NCBI GenBank assembly: GCA_002633005.1
Contig: NMRA01000821.1
Span: 56,274-120,273, forward strand
Length of the DNA: 64,000 nucleotides
Origin: Phoronis australis
Lineage: Eukaryota; Animalia; Phoronida
Reading direction: 5' to 3'
Under the pieces are notes generated by a model. It was not told where the DNA came from, did not search any database, and saw only the letters and a list, made by a program, of their open reading frames with translations. The position numbers and the translations under genes are program-made. Positions 25,950 through 37,313 of this stretch are shown here, piece by piece. Every line of letters begins with the position of its first letter. Positions within the stretch are counted from its first letter, which is position 1.

Positions 25950-26450
25950 ATGGGTCAGATAGAGTGGGCCATGTGGGCCAACGAGCAAGCCATAGCCAGT
26001 GCATCATTGATGATCCTCGGTGGAGTTGTGGGCGTGGCCGGTCAGTTCAGGAACAGCTGGTTCGGTATATACGCTCTTGTCGCGGGCGTCTTCATTTTCT
26101 TCCTAGAGTACCCGCGCAGTAAGAGGAAAAAGGGGAATACCATTGAGCGCGCCTATCAGAATTTGTTGACACCTGTGATTGCAGTGTGTGGTCCTGTGAC
26201 CAGAAATTATTGGGTGCGATTTGTGCTGCATCTGGTGTTGAGCGTGCCCTGTTGCTTTATTCTGCCGACGGTGCTAGGAGGGATATGTTTGATTATAACC
26301 AGTATCATTTACTTTGTCGCAGCTCTGAAAGGAGAGCAGTGGATACCGTTGTTGCCAGACAAGAAGTCAGAGGGCGCCACCGTAGATGTGTCTCTACCCC
26401 CTGACCAACCTCCGCCTCGCCGCCCGGTCCAAGAGGATACATCTATTTAG
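25950..26450 (+). CDS. CYBA: Cytochrome b-245 light chain (p22phox), NADPH oxidase subunit, 166 aa, single coding exon
   Basis: Diagnostic N-terminus MGQIEWAMWANEQA, LEYPRSKRKKG, RNYWVRFVLH, GEQW and a proline-rich tail PPDQPPPRRP. ATG is in an accATGg context. A pyrimidine tract plus AG at 25923 indicates a 5' UTR intron. Confidence 0.97.
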   Translation: MGQIEWAMWANEQAIASASLMILGGVVGVAGQFRNSWFGIYALVAGVFIFFLEYPRSKRKKGNTIERAYQNLLTPVIAVCGPVTRNYWVRFVLHLVLSVPCCFILPTVLGGICLIITSIIYFVAALKGEQWIPLLPDKKSEGATVDVSLPPDQPPPRRPVQEDTSI

Positions 26451-27626
26451 TGTCACATAACATCAATACCATGATCTTCTAGGACTTGGTATTCCCCATA
26501 CAACAAGGTGAATCAAGTAATGGGAATGCTTGGTGATAGCCGCATGTTGTATATTGTTATGGGGAATTGAAGGATATTATTACTTACTTGGGGAATTTGT
26601 AAATTTTAATGTACTCCACGCGATGGCCGCCTGGCTAGCTATGTGTCCAAAGGTTTTAATCCATAAAATATTTAACACAAATTAAGACACGAGCTTTAGA
26701 AAGTATTGTGTTTCTTAAGAACCTATTTTTGTACTCTTGTTAATGCTTGGCGAACTTGTGTAAAATTTTGTATTTGTAGTTTTTATTTTTTAGAATTTTA
26801 AAATTACATTCGGTCATGCATTGCAAAATTTGTTTAACACTATGCAGGTATTGTAATCTATAAAAATATTGCATTAGCTTACTGCTAGAATCTCCCAAAG
26901 GATCATGGTACCTGTTGCAAAACTAAATTACAAAATCATGTCTTAAGTGTTTATTGCTGTTTTGTCATTTAGGTAAAAAGTATGTTTTGTTCTGGTCTCT
27001 ACCCTGACTCATTTGAGACCTGTGCTCACCGACTACTAAAGTCTTGTGTTTTTGTGAAAACTGCACAAAGGCATGTACTAAGTAAGTGGTGGAATTTCTT
27101 TTCTAAAAGTAATTAAAAAGCATCACACCAATTAATTGTCAACAAACTACGCTATTATGGCATGATCATTTTTATGCATTAGCTCCCTGAGGATAGCATT
27201 GTGGTGAGAAATATTTCATGTAGTGATAACAGGGCAACGGACAGTCATTTATTGTAGATCATGAGAAGACTATTATCATGTTTATTGTCACTATTGTTTA
27301 TGGCAATGTTTGCCTTGTGCATTTTTACACAGGAAGTCTGAGCTTATTGGATACTATATAAGTTTACTTGTAGTATGCTAACAAAAGTCATTGTTTCCTA
27401 ATGAAATTGCATCATAGTTTTTGAATTTAGTATACTGAATATGTACTGAATATATATGGAAGTAACTCAGTCAGGATTTATGTTGTTGAAACGTGATACA
27501 CTTCAAGTAGAATTTCCCGTTTGATAAAGCATCTACAATATCACCGATCATTTTCTCTGTAATTTACGGTGTCATCAAAGTAAAATACTTTGACAGTGAA
27601 ACGTACAAATTTTGGTGCATGACAAG

Positions 27627-27788
27627 CAGTGGCGGATTTAGAGGGGGGCCAAGAAGGCCATGCCCCCCCCCCCCTAAAATTATCCCAGATTCCATTTGGC
27701 AATTCGGGGGTGCGAAAGTCTGACGGGCAAAATCTTGGCTAATACTCTGCCCTGGCCCCCCTAACTCAAAATCTTGGATCCGCCCCTG
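27627..27788. mobile_element. Short non-autonomous DNA transposon (hAT-like MITE)
   Basis: TIRs cagtggcggat / atccgcccctg with G/C-run subterminal sequence. Flanked by the direct repeat acaag, which is shorter than the canonical 8-bp hAT TSD. Confidence 0.75.
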
Positions 27789-30120
27789 ACAAGGCACCCA
27801 TTTAGACGCATTTGGCAAGACTGTTAATTGCATTTCCACTTCATTATTGTGTCTGATAATATGATCAAAGTGGCCTATCCTGACTTGAACTCTCTGATGT
27901 GTGGAGGTAGAAAAGTGCATTGCATGACTGTCTACAAGGCTCTTCTGAAGTGATTAGCATTTTAGATTTTCCTGAAAAAATTGAAAAGTTACATAAATGG
28001 AAAGGAAATGATTATTTATAAAACTGTAACAGCTTTCTTGAGATTTCATCTTGTTGAGCATACATTCATGTATCAAATGAAATTTGGTCATTTTATTGAT
28101 TCTGTTGTTTCGCTATGGAGGTATCTTCCTTTTTGCTAATTTTATTATAAAAGCATGGTCACATGACCCAATCAGAATGGGAAATTGGTATAAAGTAAAA
28201 AAATCAAATTTTGGAGGCTTTCTAGTTTCAGAATTTATTTGTACTCACTTAAAATGTGTAGTTTTGTAGATATTTGGCAAAATACACAGACTAGTCCATA
28301 AGGTCATGTATAACCTTAAGGTAGACTTTTATTTATACAAGTTTGCTCAGTTTCTAGGCATTGATAAAATACTCAACTGTTGCCGTAAGGGGGCAGCACT
28401 ATCCAGTCAATGCGATTCTTGTATGTTCGTGTGTTGAGCTGTGCACCTTACATAAGGTGGCGCTAACATCATGATGCATGCGTTTCTATGTATGACTTTG
28501 GAAGCAATAGCATGACACTTAATATAATAAACGTACGGTTAGTCAGTTTATTTTGTCCAAGTAATCGCAAACAGGTGGAGCGGGCAGCCGTCACAAGGTT
28601 TATCAACTCAAAGGCTCTACTGCTAAAGTGGATTCCGCACGCGCATCGATCCGCAGTGTTCCTTTATTATTCTCAATTTCTATGGTCCGTGAGTAAGTTG
28701 AGAACAAATTTAAAAAATAAAAATTCAAGAGTGCATCAAAATAAGGAGTGAGCCCAAGCCGAAGGAGACTCGCACGAAAGGTCTGGAGTCTCAACACAGT
28801 CAGTGCTCGTTGGCATAAGAACGCTGCGTGAACGGTACAAACCCCTGTGCAAATGGCGCGCGGCGCATACGCAATTGTTACGGAGACGTTGCATCTTTTG
28901 TGTTATGTTGTGTAAGTGCCCATTCGCCTGCAAAATTCTTTGCTCTTTACTATAAGAGAGATAAAAAATGTAGTAGGCTAAATGTACGTAACCATTGCAC
29001 GCTTCACTTTATACTTAAAAATTCCCTGTTGCTATCTGGTATACATCTCAGATGCACGAATCACCTTAAGGATGCTAATTTGATCTTGTGTTTCGCTTGC
29101 AATACCTGTCAATATCTCGTGAAGTCGTTAATTGGTGTTCTTGCGTGTTCGTAACTTTCTTGCATTTGAGCCCTGCCCTGGACGCAAGGTATAATAGGCC
29201 TAGTTCAAAATTACGTCGTGCTTTCATTTAAAATACAAGATTACATATTAATATCCCGAAGTTTGCTTCAGTTTTAGCGAGGTCCTAACGTTACTGTACT
29301 GTATGCCGATACCTAAAGACCTAAGAAAGATTGAACTTGCGGCCACCCAATTTTGCTTGCATGATTCAACTTTAGAGTGTTGGGATCACCCACTGTTCTG
29401 TGTACTTGTGGCCTTGTCAGTTAATTCGCGCCTTGTACCGTCAGAGGTACAACACCCGTGTACAGCATGAATCCGTGCGAGGACACCAGGACCCTGTGAC
29501 ACTCTGTCTGCGGCCCGGAGTTCCATATTGGGCTTCTACAGGACCTTGTCTTCTTGTCCATCCAGCCTCAGTTGCCTTGAGGCAAAAAAGAAATTTTATC
29601 TGAAACCGCAGGCTATGCCTTTTATATTACTTAGCCTTAAGACAGTTTCAGGAGCATTTCATTTGTAAGTCGTCAGTTTCATTGTTCGATTCGAAAGAGT
29701 TGACTGATACATTGGTAATTATTACTGTTCTAACTATTTTTATACACCCCAGGTGATGGGAAACCTACAGTGGGGCTAAATAATTTTTGGAAGCCAAGCA
29801 ATCAGCGCCCCGGGAGACAATTGCCCCGCCCTGGCCTGTATACTCGGCAATGCCGTAATACACGGACGGGCATATCAACACTGTAGCTCGCCCTTAAATA
29901 TATCTTGATGCGAATAGCACTAATTTTAGGTTTCAACCGCGCACTTTTATTCTCAGATATGCATTCCTGGTATATTTTTGGAAAAATTCTAAGATACGCA
30001 AACAGGGCATAATTTCGGCGGAAATCTACAGTGGATCTTTAACCATGCGTGCACCCCCATCAGAGAAACAAAGACTCCGAAAAAGGTGGAAAACGAGACA
30101 AAACTGAGTTCACTAAAAGG

Positions 30121-30220
30121 CAATAATTACCAAAATTCGGCAAATGCACAATTCATAGCTCTGAACGCACCCAGTGAATATTAGTAAAAGGCCAACATTC
30201 TCAAAAATTCGAGCCCCCCC
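30121..30220. repeat. Dispersed repeat shared with ~40021-40120 (FOXRED1 intron)
   Basis: taccaaaattcgg..aatgcacaattcatagctctgaacg...gtgaat.ttagtaaaagg is present at both sites in the same orientation. Confidence 0.8.
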
Positions 30221-30689
30221 GTTTTTTACGCGGGGTTCACGTATGCAAACCATGAAAAATTCATTCGGAACAGTTTTGTTCAATTTTAAATGCTAAAAAA
30301 AAACATTTCGTTCATGCAACTGAGTCGGATACGTTCATGTTGAAACTGAGGTTTCAGTTAATATGGAGTTAACTTGCGTTTTGTTTTGTAACTAGCAGAA
30401 AATGCACGGATCCTTTTAACAAAAAATGTACTCTGTTCTAGTCATTGTTTATCACTATATCTCAGTCTCAGTTCATCGCACTTGTTCCCACATCCATAAC
30501 GGGTTTATCACAACATTCGTTTAATTGAGAAAGCGCATTTTTAACCAAACGTACTGTGACGAAAAAACGAGTTAATTTTTTTCTCAAAAAATCGATCCTC
30601 TATTCGTACCGACTTCTAAAGAAATTCGAAGTCATTTAACTGACCATCCCGGTCGGCAACAGCGACGGGCCCGGCCGCACTTTGGAAAT

Positions 30690-30854
30690 CCGCCAACTGA
30701 TTGGACACCACAAAATGATATGTCTCTCAATATTCGACCAACAATGAATTTGTTAATTAATTTTTTGAGTTCCAGAAATATTGCGAAGCTATTTACTTGC
30801 CACCAGATGTCGATAGTGTACACCATACTTCCGGTTGAACTTAAGGAGTTCAAA
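30690..30854 (+). promoter_or_regulatory. Likely TMCO1 promoter/5' UTR with a CCAAT box and an ETS-type site
   Basis: tgattgg at ~30698 and acttccggt at ~30827 in a CpG-containing stretch just before the ATG. This rests on motif matches only. Confidence 0.4.
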
Positions 30855-33800
30855 ATGCTTTCAGACACTATTTTAATCGTGATTATTTCCATTTGTACGG
30901 CTTTGCTTGGGGAAGGTTAGTATCACGAGTGTAAGAAAGTTATTTTCTGGTTAATCTCAGTATTTTGGAAAAGATTTGCGACTGGATCGAACCCTGTGTG
31001 ACCGTCGAAGTCAGGCATCAGTCCACAACACAAGACAAGTCGGTAACACAACGTCACAAGTCAGTAGACTAAGACAGTAGCCTTGAACTTGGCGCAAAGC
31101 TCTTTACTAAAATATGCAGCTGTATTTTGACGATAAAGTTAGCTGTCTGGCTACTGATGAGGTAGCCAGCCAGCTTCCTGTATGTTTTGAATCATTTATT
31201 GGTGTTTGATTAGTTGGTGGATTCCAGTTGTAACCAGGTACTCAAGCTATTAGTTACTATTAGTAATAGACAGCGACTGGCACCACCAGTAGGACAGTGG
31301 AGCTCCTATAAGCGCTTCATACACAGGAAGATTTTCGGAAAATTATACCTTGCACTGACTAAAACATCAAAGTCACGTTGTTACTTATAGGTACTCCCGT
31401 TATCAAAGTTTTTCTTCGAACAGTCTCTCATTCAGTTCCCAAAATCGGTAACTCGCCATTTTCACACCGCGCTCGCCAGGGAATATGTGTGAAAAATGGT
31501 GAGTTACCGATTTTGGGAACTGAACGAGGGACTGCTCGAAGAAAAAAGTTTGATAACGGGAGTATTTGTTTGAGTTGAAAGGAATTAAATTCATCAACGG
31601 TATTTATGACAACATGACTTTGATGTTTTAGTTAGTGTGAGGCATAATTCGCCGAAAAAGCTTCGAGCGTATGTCTGTGTTGGTTGTACCAGTAGAGATG
31701 ATGGTAATTGTCTACTCTAGTAACAGCCAGGTATTCTGCTTTTACCATTATAGTAATCTGAAATATTATTTTAAAACTTATGACCACATCTTGCTCGAAT
31801 GTGTAGAACTCGGTTGTTTTTCCGTATTTTTCAGGTTTAACATGGCTCCTCGTCTACAGAACAGAAACTTACAAAAAACTTAAAGCTGAAGTCGAAAAAC
31901 AGAGTAAAAAATGTAATGTATTAAAATAAATGTTAATGTATGCATGATTTACAATCTCAATTGCTCAGTTGGTATCTTTGAACTATCAAATATGAGCGGT
32001 AGCATTGCGATGCATCCTTAAAGTAATCAGCTAATGACACGTTCTGGGGGTTCATTCCGGACACTCGGATGATAACTTCTACACGCACTTAGACATCGTG
32101 ATGGGGGAATTCTGGGTAATTTTGATTAAGTATTTTTGTTGTGTACTGTGTATTCGTGGGAGTTATTTTCAGGTTGTCTTTCACTCATGTGGTCCTCAGA
32201 AATTGTTCCGACTGCAGAGTTAAGTTTCACTTGAATTCATGTTTTGTGTTTTCAGTGGAGAAGAAAAAGGAGAGTGTGTTAGATTCTGCTGATAGAAGTT
32301 CAAAAAAGAAATTAGGTAGGGAATCTGTACAGGCTGCCTAAACAGCAGATTTGTTTACTGCGATGTTGTTATGCGTGTGTGAAAATTTTCATTATACGAG
32401 GGAGTCACAATGCCATCTGGTGGAGATCTGTGCTCTTAGGGCGAATGTTCTCTTGTTATTCATGTAAGGTTTAAAGAAGCGTAGCGTATATCAATGTTTT
32501 GAAGTTCGTAATGTGTTCCATTTATTTTCACACACTCGTATTTCTCACTGCAGTGGTTGCCAATTTATCTTCAACTGAACAGCCTCATCAGTTAGCTCGT
32601 TATAGTAATCCTCTCCCCATTTTTTTTGCACAAAAACAATTGCCAAATTATTAATTTTTCGAAAGCTGATTACCTAGCTGCAAATAAAGGAAACTTTGCC
32701 AAGGTGAAGGTCGTTTCACGGCGTCTGCTCACCACCAACCACGCTGTCAAAATGTCATCTATCTTTTCGTTGGTGGAGGAATTTGACGAAACAAAATCTC
32801 ATTTGTCAGCCATGTAGTTTGCTAAATAAGGAAGAATTACTGTAGATAACATTTTTTACAACTTTATTGCATGTCTTGTTCCAGAGCGTCAAGAGGAGAG
32901 GTTAAAAACCAACAACCGTGACCTATCTATGGTGAAGATGAAGTCCATGTTTGCCATTGGATTCGCCTTTACAGCTTTACTCAGCATGTTTAATTCTATG
33001 TAAGTGATGTACATAATTCACTTAGGACTACCAAATTATGTGGCATTGCAATTTACCATCTTGAAATTCTGGGAAGTGCATGTAGTCAGAGTAAAAAATA
33101 TAATCCGTGGGTGGTTGTTAAGCTGAGTATGGGAGCTAAATGCGTATCAAAGTGAAAATCTACAGTCACCATGATTATGCGTTTTGATCCTTGCGCAATT
33201 CAAGCTCCATAGAGATCACTGTTCTGTTTAGTATACAATACATCCAATCATCCTCGTTCCATGTTATTCATAAAGGGCTTCATGATGTTTTTGGTCTGTT
33301 GAAGCTATTCCAGATATTCGTGTCTGCCCTGACATCTGTTGTCAGCAGTGTAATTAATTTACACCATTACTGCCTCTCTGGTGCTGATGTTGTTTATGTC
33401 TTCTCTTTCCAGATTCGATGGTCGTGTTGTAGCTAAACTGCCATTTGTCCCCTTCTCATGGTTCCAGGGAATCTCTCATCGTAACCTGGCTGGTGAAGAC
33501 TACACTGACTGTTCATTCATCTTTCTCTACATCCTCTGTACAATGTCCATCAGACAGGTAAGTCCTCGAGGCACTAGGTACCGCAATACATGGAAACTTG
33601 TAGCTGTGGATTTATTCACAAATGCTTGACACGTTACACTAAATCTAGCTATCTTGTTGACTGTATACTAGTAGGGCACTAAACCCAGTAGTCCAGTAGC
33701 CAGTTATGAATACCTAAGGATGTATGAATTTTGAATGATATTTGGTTAACTGACATTAGATTGTGAAACACAGTGAAAAATACCAGTTGAATAAGAATTT

Positions 33801-34287
33801 GCAATGATGACAGTCATACAGCCTAGAGACAAAAAAATTGATTTTAAACCTGAAATGTAGCAGGGTAACTTGATCAGCAATCTCATGCAATGAAATTGCC
33901 ACAAGACTGCAAAATGTGCTTTTTAAGTAACATTTTGGACACTGGCATTGGCAGAAAGTGAAAAAATGCATGACTTGAAAACAGGACTACTATTATAGTG
34001 TTCAAGTGTTGCAGCCAGGAACAAATAATTGGTTGGCATGAGGAAGAGCTTCGTTGATTTTGATACCTGATAAAAATTGTACTGTTGTTTGATGTCGCAA
34101 AAATGCACTAAAACTTGTACACTGGCAAAAGTGTATTTTGTCAGACAAAAGCATATCGACGTTTGGTGACTATTTCAGATATATCTCATTTCAGAATATC
34201 CAAAAGATGTTGGGATTTGCACCCTCAAGGGCTGCTAACAAACAAGGAGGTGGCTTCTTCAACCCTCCATCCACCATGGGCAAATAG
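30855..34287 (+). CDS. TMCO1: Calcium load-activated calcium channel / ER translocon GEL subunit TMCO1, 183 aa, 6 exons
   Basis: Exons 30855-30915, 31835-31912, 32256-32315, 32885-32999, 33413-33557, 34195-34287 total 552 nt in frame. Peptide: MLSDTILIV...LLGEGLTWLLVYRT...NNRDLSMVKMKSMFAIGFAFTALL...FDGRVVAKLPF...DCSFIFLYILCTMSIRQNIQKMLGFAPSRAA. Confidence 0.97.
31327..31664. mobile_element. Long foldback (palindromic) MITE-like element in TMCO1 intron 1
   Basis: Inner arms 31393-31467 / 31487-31564 and outer arms ~31327-31383 / ~31608-31664 are imperfect reverse complements. Confidence 0.85.
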
Positions 34288-35108
34288 ATGGACGATTCTT
34301 AGCGTCATCTCTTACATTAAAAGATACTGCTTTTACATTTTTATTGATATCAACTTGGTTTATGAAATGTTTAAGACTACGCAAGTAATGGGCTCAAACC
34401 CTCACTTCCTCAAAAGTTTCGAAGCAAGTTTGATTCAAGTCCGCTAAGTTGTCAAGTGTGTCTAACACTTTGATCAACTTAATGCGGAAGAGGACTGCTC
34501 ATGTTGAACCACAATATTCCACTTTGTTTAAGATGCCGTGTCTCATTAAAACTGTGAATATTTATATTTGTAACAAACACCGCCTAGTGACTTCTCGGAG
34601 AACTATGTGTGCAAGTAGGTGTACATGTATAATCATGTAAGAATTTGACATTGCGGTTTTAAAGAAAACACCGTGACAACTGATACTCTTCAAAACAAGT
34701 GAGAACATATGAAAACCCCTATTAATTCCAAATACTACATAATTCTTATTTGATAGTCAAATAAATAATAAATCTGTGATTTGATTTTTTTGGGTAACGA
34801 TGGAACATTACCATACTCATTTATATAAAAATAGTCTTGAAAAACAAGACTTCGAGATTGTAATCCTAACTAGTTCTCGGATGGCTTCGGGCACACTTGA
34901 GGACCCAGGGTTGTTTGTAAATTGGTACTTCATTTCATTTGCATATTCACAATTTAACGAGACTATACATCTTTTAGCCTTTGAGAAATGTTATGGCTTT
35001 TACCCGTCACATGTGACAGGTCTTGGGTAAAATCAGTTGAACAAAGTTGTGTCTTTGTAACTTCTCAGGACTGAAATGGATGATTGTGAGAAGCTATTCA
35101 GCTGTGTG

Positions 35109-35170
35109 TCAGTGCGTCTTGGGCTTAAGTATCAGTGCGTTTTGGGCTTAAGTGTCAGTACGTCTTGGGC
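35109..35170. repeat. 22-bp tandem repeat, 3 copies (tcagtgcgtcttgggcttaagt)
   Basis: Three visible units. Confidence 0.8.
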
Positions 35171-37024
35171 GTATGTTACGTAACCATAACATAAGACGAT
35201 TATTTAGAAACGTTGCTTAATGAATTGGATGCATCTGTTAAATTTTGTCAACAGGGGGAGTTCATGCAGTTGTTTGTCATAACCAAGCCACGATATCAAA
35301 TGCAATGTAAATAAATTCATCAATTGAAAGAGTTCACTTTGTTTTTTTTTCAAGAATTTAAGTACGGCAGTTTGACTGGGCATTGACGTAATATTACCAG
35401 TAAAACAAATGAGTAATTTTTGTAAACTGTTTATTAAAAGTGGCGTATAATGAGTAGTTTAATCTTAAAAATATAACTTTATAATGATCAAAAAGATAAC
35501 TAAATAATTACGTTAATTGTTTAATTCTATTTTGAAATTGAAACACCTGAAATAATTAACAAGTCTTGTTCACTCAAATCTCCAGCACAGATTTCCTAAC
35601 ATATCCATCTCCACAATGTATGAACATTCAATGTCATGGAGGCAACACGCAGTCCTTATTATAAAAGTTAGCCACATGTTAATGATATCCTACCCCTTTT
35701 CCTGAATATTTCATAATGTACAGTTACTGTAAAACTTGAATAATTCCTATCCAACTGGAGAGAGAGGTGAATTCGAACAACTGTTCTGTGGAACTGGCAT
35801 AGTTCAAATTGAGCAAAAACCAGACTTCTGTAAATTTTCGTTGATTGTGAATAACTTGCAATCCGACCATGATAAACAACTCTAGCTTAAAGCTCTCGAT
35901 TTTTTACAAAATCGAAACTAATACCACATATAAGGTAATATCAGTACATTCCAATAGAATTGAGTAAACCTTAACAATTAGTTGCCTTCACATTCATAAC
36001 ATATCTAGAGTATTTTTCAGGCTGCATTCTTCAGTGATAAGAGCAACGGTGAACGCAATAACACAAAGAAGTTTTAAAAAATGTCAGTAAAATTTCAGTG
36101 CATAAGTCTGGCTGATTTTCAAATGATTTAATTAGCTGCTTTTGTCTGGTTTCACCCAACCATTCTTTTTCGGCATAATTTGAAAACTATTGCACCGCAA
36201 CACTTGTGCTCAACACTTACACGTTGTAATTCAATAAGTCACCAGAGATGTGACTAAATGATTTACGTGAACACAGAAATAAGTGGAGACAGGGTGACGG
36301 AAAATTCTACCTTTGACACTGAGAACTGCACGCGACTAGTAATGGTTGTAATAGTATTGTGGTTTGTACTGGAACTGTACTTGCCTTGTATGGCACAATT
36401 GGTTAGAATGGTTTAGTATTCCTGTCAATACTGCTTTTGTCTCATTTTGATAATTAGGTAGTTGTGAATGCACTCCATCAGGGTTAATTGCTTCAGGTTT
36501 TAGCAATGCATTCGAAGCGCGCAATTAAGTAGTGTTCGAGTAAAGACGTCTTCCTGACTTCTCTCTCCAAACGACACTATAATGATGTTATTTTGATGAA
36601 CAAAAAAGTGTTGGTGCGCAGATTTTGCATGAACTTCTGCCATTGATGTGTCAATTAACAATTTCTTTTCCATTCTTCATTTTTGTGTAACGCCGCTTTT
36701 TAAAAAATCTGTTGTGCACTCAGCTCAGGAGTGGTTGAAACTGCTGCTGCTGCTGCTGCTTGTCACTTGAATGGTTTCAACTGGATACACATCAAGTTTC
36801 AGTCAAATTAATTGAAACGCCGACAGAATTGACGACCTTCTACTGATAATCAATGAGGACACCTGCGCCTCATAGAAATACAACTGTGTAGCACAATCTT
36901 GGCAACTACATTAGGTTAAAAGGATACCAAACCCACTTTTGGTCTATTAACAGATACTATGAGTCGTGATTGGCGTCCGACCGTTTTGGTAGAGACAATA
37001 TTGCAGCTCTCGGTGCTAGAAATG

Positions 37025-37310
37025 GGAAGGTGGGTGGTGGGACTGTGAGAGGGAGGGTGGGAGAGGAAGGAGGGTGGACAGTGGGACGGGGAGAGGTGTG
37101 AGTAAAGGTGAGAGAGGATGGGAGAGAGGGAGAAAGGGTGGTAGAGAGGGTGGCGGGAAGGGGTGGTTGTAGGGAGGGGGGGAGGGTGAGATGGGAGGGA
37201 GGGTGGAAAAGATGATGAGAAAGGGAGAGGGAGGGAGAGGGAGAGAGATAGAGCGAAGAAAGTCAGGGAGAGAGGGGAAAACGGGGATGGGAATGGGAAG
37301 AAGGGAGAGA
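37025..37310. repeat. G/A-rich low-complexity tract directly after the FOXRED1 stop codon
   Basis: About 290 bp, almost all purine on the + strand, with many GGG runs. Confidence 0.9.
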
Positions 37311-37313
37311 TAA

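Noticed and set aside
28770-28800. RNase P RNA (gaaaggtctgga resembles CR-I)
   Set aside because: No matching CR-V (ACNNAANNCAGAC-type) motif was found downstream.
31141-31175. Hammerhead ribozyme (ctgatgag core)
   Set aside because: The motif sits in a simple hairpin loop, and there is no stem II-GAAA arrangement downstream.
35175-35184. Perfect D-box palindrome GTTACGTAAC
   Set aside because: It is isolated, lies between two gene 3' ends, and is expected by chance in 64 kb of AT-rich DNA.
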